Assembly: GCA_002269645.1 (NCBI GenBank)
Contig: NIVC01000095.1
Location: forward strand, 310,001-374,000
Origin: Macrostomum lignano
Taxonomy: Eukaryota
Direction: 5' to 3'
DNA length: 64,000 nt
The position numbers were made by a program, and so were the translations under genes. Positions 56,146 to 64,000 of this stretch are shown in pieces. Positions within the stretch are counted from its first letter, which is position 1. Each line of letters opens with the position of its first letter. The notes beneath the pieces were generated by a model. It ran no database searches, had not been told where the DNA came from, and saw only the letters and a program-made list of their open reading frames with translations.

Positions 56146-56842
56146 AAGCCATTTTTGGCGCTACCAAAACCATATCTGGCGCTGTTGAAACCTTTTGGCG
56201 CCTCTCCTGCAGGAGTTTGACAAGAGAGTCACAACCAAACTACATGACATCTGTGTGTATGTATGTAGCTGTGTGATCGATTAGAGAAAAAATGGCTCAA
56301 CCAATTTTTTTCAAACTTGCACCATTCGATCAGAAATTTTTCTGAAACGGTGCACATGCATCTTGGCTAAGAAATTGCTCAATGTTAAAGGGATTAAATA
56401 TTCGAATAACATGCTTTTTTGCAAAAGTCAAGCAAAATTTTCGACTTGAAATGCATTGTAAGAATGCTAGAGAAAAACCTGACTGACTGAATTTCAATTC
56501 TGATAAAGATTGCATCACAACAAGTTGAAAACAGTGCCGAAGAAATGCACACACGACTTGATTTAAATTGCGTAACCAATATTGCTAACTTGATTTGAGA
56601 CTGATACTGGCTGACTGAGAAATTGATTATGTCATAACTTTTTACTCCAATTGACTTGCTGTAAGAATTGAATTATAAGGGCCACAATTGATGTACTCCA
56701 ATTGAAAAGAGATAGCCCTGATGCGAACAGACTGGAATGCTAATGTAGCGATCTGGGTTCGAATCTTAGTAGTGCAAAATAATTTTTTTATTAAAACACT
56801 TTCAAACACAAAATGCTAAACATAAAAGAAGCGCAAAGTAAA

Positions 56843-57580
56843 ACATAAAAGTGGCACCATGTCAAACATTATAGAGCCACCATGTCAAACATAAAAGAGC
56901 CACCATGTCAGACTTAAAAGAGCCACCATGTCAGACATAAAAGAGCCACCCTGTCAAACATAAAAGAGCCACCATGCCAAACATAAAAGAGCCACCATGT
57001 CGAACATAAAAGAGCCACTATGTCAGACATTAAAGAGCCACCATGTGAAACATAAAAGAGCCACCATGTCAAGCATATACGTGACTCCATGTCGAACATA
57101 GAAGGGCCACCATGTCAGACATTAAAGAGCTGCCATGTTAAACATAAAAGAGCCACTATGTCAAACATGTACACGACTCCATGTCAAACATTAAAGAGCC
57201 ACCATGTCAAACATTAAATAGCCACCACGTCGAACATTAAAAAGCAACCATGTCAAACATAAAAGAGCTACCAAGTCAGACATAGAAGAGCCACCATGTC
57301 AAACATAAAATATCCACCATGTCAAACATATACGTGACACCATGTCAAACATTAAAGAGCCACCATGTCGAACATTAAAGAGCTATCATGTCAAACATAC
57401 TCGTAAAAGAGCCACCATGTCAAACATACACGTGACTCCATGTCAAACATTAAAGAGCCACTATGTCAAAAATTAAAGAGCTACCATTAGAACATAAAAG
57501 AGCCACCATGTAGAACATAAAGGAGACATCATTTCAAACGTAAAAAGAAGCGTCATGCCAAACATAAAGGAGCCACTATA
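56843..57580. repeat. 23-bp minisatellite (GAGCCACCATGTCAAACATAAAA)
   Basis: About 31 diverged units. Confidence 0.93.
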
Positions 57581-57649
57581 AAGCTAAGGAATAAGGATAT
57601 TGTTCCACTAGCTACTTGTTGTCTGGTGGACGCTTGCTATTTAAGGATA

Positions 57650-58160
57650 GATAATTGCTATCAGGGGGATGCTTGCTCTCTGAGTGATGCTTGCTATTGG
57701 GGGGGGGGGGGATGCTTGCTATCGGAAGAATGCTTGCTATCTTGGGTAACTTGCTATTGCGGGATGCTTGCTCTTGGGGAGTGGAGGGTACTTGCTATCT
57801 GAGAGGGGGTTGCTAGCTATCTATAAGGATTCTTTGTATCCAGGGATGCTTGCTATCTGGGGGATGCTTGCATGCTGTCTGGGGATGCCTGCATGCTGTC
57901 TGGGGATGCTTGCATGCTGTCTGGGGATGCTTGCATGCTGTCTGGGGATGCTTGCATGCTGTCTGGGGATGCTTGCTATCTGGGGGATTCTTGCTATCTG
58001 GGGGATGCTTGCTACCTGGGAGATGCTTGCATGCTGTCTGGGGATGCTTGCTATCGGGGGATGCTTGATATTTGGGAGGCAAGAGGCTTGCTCTCGGCGG
58101 GAGGGTATTGCAATATTGGGGGGGGGGGTTGCTATCTGGGGAGATGCTTGCTGTCTTGGG
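57650..58160. repeat. 18/21-bp minisatellite (GGGGATGCTTGCATGCTGTCT)
   Basis: Degenerate tandem units. Confidence 0.88.
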
Positions 58161-58714
58161 ATGTTTTCTTTTTAGATGGAATGTCTTTTGTCTTTGTGAA
58201 AGCTTTATTTCGCTGTCTTTTTGTTACTTTTAGAGAACAGATATTCTATCCAGATGTACCCCATCGGGGGGGGGGGCCAAGATTGCTAGTTATTACTACT
58301 ATAAAAACATTGGCATTTCCTGGAAAACGTTATACTGAAAATGGAAACTTTTTACCTCACTATAATTGTAGCTGTTTACAATTTGCGGCGTAATTTGATA
58401 ACTCCGATAACTATGAATTTATTAGTAAGCAATTTTTTCAAATTTTTAATTTGTTGCAAAGAAGTCTGCACGATGGTGCCAGTGATAGATACCATAGTAG
58501 TTGATCAATGTACGAGCTATACTGTTTAATAGTTTAATTCAATCAACTGTGCATTTCACAAGTTGATTACTTATGGAATCTAAAGTTTCCTCCACTCCAG
58601 ATTCTAGCTATAGTATTCCATGCCCCAGTTGAGTTCTCCACGACATTCTCGCCTTGCCCAGCCGCCGCCACACACCCACCCCCTGTGCGGGGCCATGAAG
58701 AAAAAACCCGGAAA

Positions 58715-58820
58715 GTAGGCAGCCAATCAGAGATCTCCACTGAACTCCACTGGACGAATGAGAGCTTTTCGATAATCTTACAGCCTTTCTTCTGTCCGCT
58801 AAATGCTTTTATTTAATACG
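58715..58820 (+). promoter_or_regulatory. Putative Dbx proximal promoter (CCAAT box, AT-rich TATA-like run)
   Basis: AGCCAATCAG at 58721; TTTTATTTAATA near 58807; about 90-180 bp upstream of the ATG. Confidence 0.35.
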
Positions 58821-58898
58821 GCGCGGCGCGGGGAAGCTATTTCTCTGCTCTCGTTAAAACCGTTTTCTCAATTAATTTACTCCTTGTTTAAATTTGCA

Positions 58899-59019
58899 AT
58901 GGACGGATTCCGGCAGTTCAAGGCTGCAAAACCGCAGCAGCAGCATCAGCAGCAGCCTAAATTGAAATTTGGCATGTCCGCAATCTTGGGCTGCAACGAT
59001 TCGGACGATATCAAGCAAG
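58899..59019 (+). CDS. DBX: Dbx exon 1 (eh1 motif)
   Basis: [30 protein letters not shown]...; donor CAA G|gttaga. Confidence 0.85.
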
Positions 59020-60038
59020 GTTAGAGTCTGGCCTTTTATCAGATCAATTCTCCTTTGCTTTATTTTAGTGCTCATGTTTGTTCTCATCTCTATTTTCACC
59101 TCATTTGTCTCTTCATTTTGATTCTCTGCCTGCTCTCTTCATAAAATGCTTTACAATTTTACCCATCTCCATCTCCATCTCCCTCTCCATCTCCTTCTCT
59201 ATCTCCATCTCCCTCTCCCTCTCCATCTCTATCTCCATCTCCCTCTCCATCTCTATCTCTATCTCCACCTCCATCCCTGGCTCCCTCTCCCTCTCCCTCT
59301 CCATCTCCTTCTCTATCTCCATCTCCCTCTCCCTCTCCATCTCTATCTCCATCTCCATCTCCCTCTCCATCTCCTTCTCCATCTCCTTCTCCCTCTCCAT
59401 CTCCATCTCCATCTCCATTTCCCTCTCCATCTCCATCTCCCTCTCCATCTCCATCTCCATCTCCATCTCTATCTCCTTGTCTATCTCCACCTCCCTCTCC
59501 CTCCCCTCTCCATCTCTATCTCCTTATCTATCTCCATCTCCCTCTCCATCTCCCTCTCCATCTCCATCTCCATCTCCATCTCCATCTCCATCTCCATCTC
59601 CATCTCTATCTCCCTCTCCATCTCCATCTCCATCTCTATCTCCATCTCTATTTCCTTCTCCATCTCTATCTCCATCTCCATCTCCATCTGCATCTCTATC
59701 TACATCTCCATCTCCCTCTCCCTCTCCATCTCCATCTCAATATCTATGCACAATGCACAATGCTATGCACAATGAATCCCAGGAATCACACCCCAATTCT
59801 ACACACGATAGCAGAAGCACCCAGTCAGCTGCACCGGCAGTTCACCAAGTCGGACTCGTTGCCCGTGGCAACCACAGCATCATCAGAGGCGTCTCCAGTT
59901 TCATCTAATTCGCTTGCAGAATCAGCGGTGCTTCATCAGCAGCATCGTGCAGCTGCTTCTGCTGCGACCTCACTGCATTCTCTCGCTTCTGCTGGACTCA
60001 TTGATTACCGTCTGCTAGAAGCTTCATCAGTAGCAGCT

Positions 60039-60080
<42 letters not shown>

Positions 60081-63032
60081 CAACAACAACTGCAGGAACA
60101 GCGGTTACAATCTCAGTTTTATTGCCCAGCAACTGCGCCGTATCTACCTGCTAATATTAACGGTGAGCGCGTTTAAATTTCACGCATGCAGTCAATGTTA
60201 CGAGTACATCTGTCTGAAAATGCAGTGATTTTTCTGGAGAAAGATTCTCGCTTGATTAAAAACATAGTTTTAGTCTTTTCCTCAAATTCCTTGGCACTTG
60301 AGAGAGTCAAGATTGACTCAAGACACTTGGGATGCCTGAGCACACACTATATTATGCTATCTCTATATAGTTGAACAATAAAATCTTGAATGTTTTTGAC
60401 CACTTGAGGCTCGCGAAAGAAGAAGAGAAGAGCAAGCTCAGAAGAGCAAGCATATCAGTTGTAGCTGTAGTTATTAAAATAGCTATTGTTGAGGGATTCC
60501 AGAACGAAGACTATGCTATGCTTATGCATACTTATGCTACTAATTAGTCTAACAGGCCCCTCTATATACTTGTTACGTCTGATTCATGTCATTTAATTCG
60601 GAACTATTGCTGCATCACGTTAAATATACAAGTATGAGTCATGTGTGTGTGTGTGCTCACATACTCATAACTCGACTCGACTCTCTACTAATTGGCCTCT
60701 TAAGTCTCAAGATCGCAGTGAGCCACCACCTACACCTATATATTCTCTAACTGTATCTCATTCATTCTTCTCTTAGAGAATCTTGAGAGCAGCACAAGGC
60801 CTGCAGGCACTTGAATTTTCACAGTTTTTGTTAAAATTTATAAGATAGCCAGACACTCAATAACTGAGTTTAGCGAGCCATACAATAGAATATAGGGAAA
60901 TAATTATATTTTGAAGCTCAAAATCGAGTGTCAAGATGACGAGATTGCGATGTTATGATTAACAAGAATATATATATATATATGCTGTATACATAGGCTC
61001 ATTAACTTGTTGTTCAAAGCCAGGATAAATTCGCATTGGTTCGCTGACTGCGCATCAGGTCTGACATAAGCACACATAAGCACGCATTAGGTCTGACATA
61101 AGCAGGCATCATGTCTGACATAAGCACATATTAGGTCTGACATAAGCACACATCAGGTCTGACATAAGCACGCATTAGGTCTGATATAAGCACGCATTAG
61201 GTCTGACATAAGCACGCATCAGGTCTGACATAAGCAGGCATCAGGTCTGACATAAGCACATATTAGGTCTGACATAAGCACACATCAGGTCTGACATAAA
61301 CACATATTAGGTCTGACATAAGCACACATCAGGTCTGACATAAACACATATTAGGTCTGACATAAGCACAAATCAGGTCTGACATAAGCACGCAGAGGGG
61401 TCAGCTGTCCTTCTCAATCAAAACGAGGGGTCATGGGGGCATTGGGAAGTTGCTCTATACTTTGAACGTCGCCCATAGACCTGAGACTATCAAGGCCTAA
61501 GTAACGAAAAGCAGCTATTTACAGGTAATGGGTTCGCCCAGCGTGACAATAATTACGCTTGCTGATTAGATAAGATAAAGACTGGCTATAAAGTGGCCAA
61601 GCTGCGGGGGGGCATCCCTCTGAGGTGGGCCCATGCAGCAGCATTGCACGGTGAGTTAATAAGTGGTACAATTAAATCCAAATGCACAATTTAATGAGAT
61701 ACTTACTCGCAGTTGAGGGCTGAGCTTCCAACCCACTGTAAGATAAGAAGTGTTAAAATGGCCCGAGACCCATCGCAGCAGAGGTTACAGAGAAATATAC
61801 TATATAAAGCTTAATTTCTCACGAACTTAATTAACCTAAACAGCTAATTTATGAGCATAAGTTATTAACTTAAACATATTTAGGCTTAACTATTTATTGT
61901 AGTTTCATATTTGTCTTACAGGATTACATATTACAGAATTACAGATTACAGGATTGCAGATTGCAGGACTAGAGATTACTGGATTACAGATTACAGGATT
62001 ACAGATTACAGGACTACAGATTACAGGATTGCAGATTGCAGGACTAGAGATTACTGGATTACAGATTACAGGATTGCAGATTACAGGACTACAGATTACA
62101 GGATTGCAGATTACAGGACTACAGATTACTGGATTACAGATTACAGGATTACTGATTTACAGTATTTAAAGATTTAAAGATTTTCAGATTTACAGACTTA
62201 CAGATTTACAGACTTACAGATTTACAGACTTACAGATTTACAGACTTACAGATTTACAGACTTACAGATTTACAGACTTACAGATTTACAGACTTACAGA
62301 TTTACAGACTTACAGATTTACAGACTTACAGATTTACAGACTTACAGATTTACAGACTTACAGATTTACAGACTTACAGATTTACAGACTTACAGATTTA
62401 CAGACTTACAGATTTACAGACTTACAGATTTACAGACTTACAGATTTACAGACTTACAGATTTACAGACTTACAGATTTACAGACTTACAGATTTACAGA
62501 CTTACAGATTTACAGACTTACAGATTTACAGACTAACTTACAGGCTCAAATCTCTGCTTGAAATAATTTTTAATTCTCAACACTGCTTTCACCAAACCCA
62601 ACACCTGCACGCTTCCTTGCAGCCTCTCTGCCTCATCAACCGTCAGCGGCGGGCCCTACAGTTTCGGCTGCATCGGCGGCAGCGGCCGCGGCCGCCGCAG
62701 CAGCAGCAGCCAGCTACCTGCCCAGCCAGCATCAGCAGCTGATGCTTGGCAGCCTCCTGCTACCAGGCCCGCTGCACCACCTGGACTTTATGCTTCATCA
62801 CCAGCATCACCAGCATCATCCGCAGTATCCGCCGGGTTCCGCAGCCGCCGCAGCCGCCGCCTTCGCTTCCGTGGCTGCGTTCCGCGGCAAGCCACGTCGG
62901 GGAATGCTCCGACGGGCCGTGTTCAGCGACTGCCAGAGGCGCGGCCTCGAGAAGGTGTTCCAGCGGCAAAAGTACATCAGCAAACCGGACAGAAAGCGAC
63001 TGGCCGATAAACTCGGCCTCAAGGATTCGCAG
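58899..63032 (+). CDS. DBX: Developing brain homeobox (Dbx family), 3' partial; join(58899..59019,59812..60162,62623..63032,...)
   Basis: Homeodomain [49 protein letters not shown]|V matches Dbx1/2; eh1 motif LKFGMSAIL; phases 1,1,0; exon with VKIWFQNRR lies beyond the window. Confidence 0.93.
59164..59738. repeat. (ATCTCC)n hexamer tract in Dbx intron 1
   Basis: About 95 degenerate units. Confidence 0.95.
59812..60162 (+). CDS. DBX: Dbx exon 2 (poly-Q from a CAG/CAA run)
   Basis: gatag|cag| tandem acceptor; donor AAC G|gtgagc; phase 1 at both ends. Confidence 0.75.
61055..61392. repeat. 22-bp minisatellite (AGGTCTGACATAAGCACRCATY) in Dbx intron 2
   Basis: About 15 units. Confidence 0.92.
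61920..62535. repeat. GATTACA-based compound repeat ending in a perfect 16-bp array (GATTTACAGACTTACA)
   Basis: 7/8-bp units 61920-62160; 16-bp units 62185-62535. Confidence 0.95.
62623..63032 (+). CDS. DBX: Dbx exon 3 (poly-Ala, His-rich, homeodomain up to the start of helix 3)
   Basis: ccttgcag|CC TCT ... TCG CAG|gtgagt. Confidence 0.95.
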
Positions 63033-63224
63033 GTGAGTGACGTCAGGTGTTGCAGCCTGTAATTCTGACTGGCAATTGTCGTAGAACCAAATTCACAGCA
63101 GCACGAGGGCTGAACTGCTGGAGCTGAGAGCTTTCGCAGCGGCTGTACACTGAGGTTTGACACAGAGGCGTGCGAGGAATTTTTTTTGAAGGGGGCCGCA
63201 AACCTTAGGGCGTCTTGGGTGGCG

Positions 63225-64000
63225 CCCTTGTCTCTTGGTGGGCGCCCCCCCCGTCTCTTGATTGGGCGCGCCTGTCTCTTAGTGGGCGCCCCTGTCTCTT
63301 GGTTGGGTGCGCCTGTCTCTTAGTGGGCACCCCTGTCTCTTGGTTGGGCGCCCCTGTCTCTTAGTGGGCGCCCTCCGTCTCTTGGTTGGGCGCCCCTGTC
63401 TCTTAGTGGGCGCCCCTGTCTCTTGTTAGGCGCCCCCGTCTCTTGGTGGGCGCCCCCCGTCTCTTGGTGGGCGCCCCCCGTCTCTTGGTGGGCGCCCCCA
63501 GTCTCTTGGTGGGCGCCCCTGTCTTTTGGGTGGCGCCTCTGTCTCTTGGTGGGCGCCCCTGTCCCTTGGTGGGCGCCCCTGTCTCTTGGTTTGGCGCCCC
63601 TGTCTCTTGGTGGGCACCCCTGTCTGTTGGGTGGCGCCCTCTGTCTCTTGGTGGGCGCCCCCGTCTCTTGGTGGGCGCTCCTGTCTCTTGGTGGGCGCCC
63701 CCGTCTCTTGGTGGGCGCTCCCTGTCTCTTGGTGGGCGCCCCCGTCTCTTGGTGGGCGCTCCCTGTCTCTTGGTGGGCGCCCCTGTCCCTTGGTGGGCGC
63801 CCCTGTCTCTTGGTTTGGCGCCCCTGTCTCTTGGTGGGCACCCCTGTCTGTTGGGTGGCGCCCTCTGTCTCTTGGTGGGCGCCCCCGTCTCTTGGTGGGC
63901 GCTCCTGTCTCTTGGTGGGCGCCCCCGTCTCTTGGTGGGCGCTCCCTGTCTCTTGGTGGGCGCCCCCGTCTCTTGGTGGGCGCTCCCTGTCTCTTGGTGG
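63225..64000. repeat. 20/21-bp minisatellite (GGTGGGCGCCCCTGTCTCTT) in Dbx intron 3; runs off the window
   Basis: About 38 units. Confidence 0.95.

Noticed and set aside
59078-59908. Ser/Ile/Pro-rich and Met/Glu-rich ORFs
   Set aside because: (ATCTCC)n translations inside Dbx intron 1

Overview
Eukaryotic (invertebrate metazoan) genomic DNA; about 30 kb of the 64 kb (my hand tally) is micro-, mini- or satellite DNA. GC-rich exons with minisatellite-filled introns suggest a flatworm such as Macrostomum, but that is inference. Nearly all long ORFs in the supplied track are tandem-repeat artefacts. Reconstructing splice phases by hand gives four real spliced genes, all on the + strand: (1) an unrecognised secreted, Cys-rich, mucin-like protein with two furin sites and a probable GPI tail behind a 1-nt frameshift (1029-3735); (2) ZC4H2 (9461-13686); (3) mitochondrial NAD kinase NADK2 (40753-47968); (4) a Dbx homeobox gene running off the window (58899->63032). 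Also present: a BTB/Kelch pseudogene split by a hAT MITE with a perfect 8-bp TSD, a second hAT-like MITE, a 9.8-kb 22-bp satellite, and a near-identical 2-kb tandem duplication whose arrays lie inverted to a nearby array. Most interesting leads: the novel mucin-like gene, a group of minisatellites sharing a CGCCNCTG core that matches a local MITE terminus, and a degenerate insulin-like locus near 15 kb. No prokaryotic features (CRISPR, operons, rRNA or tRNA) were found.
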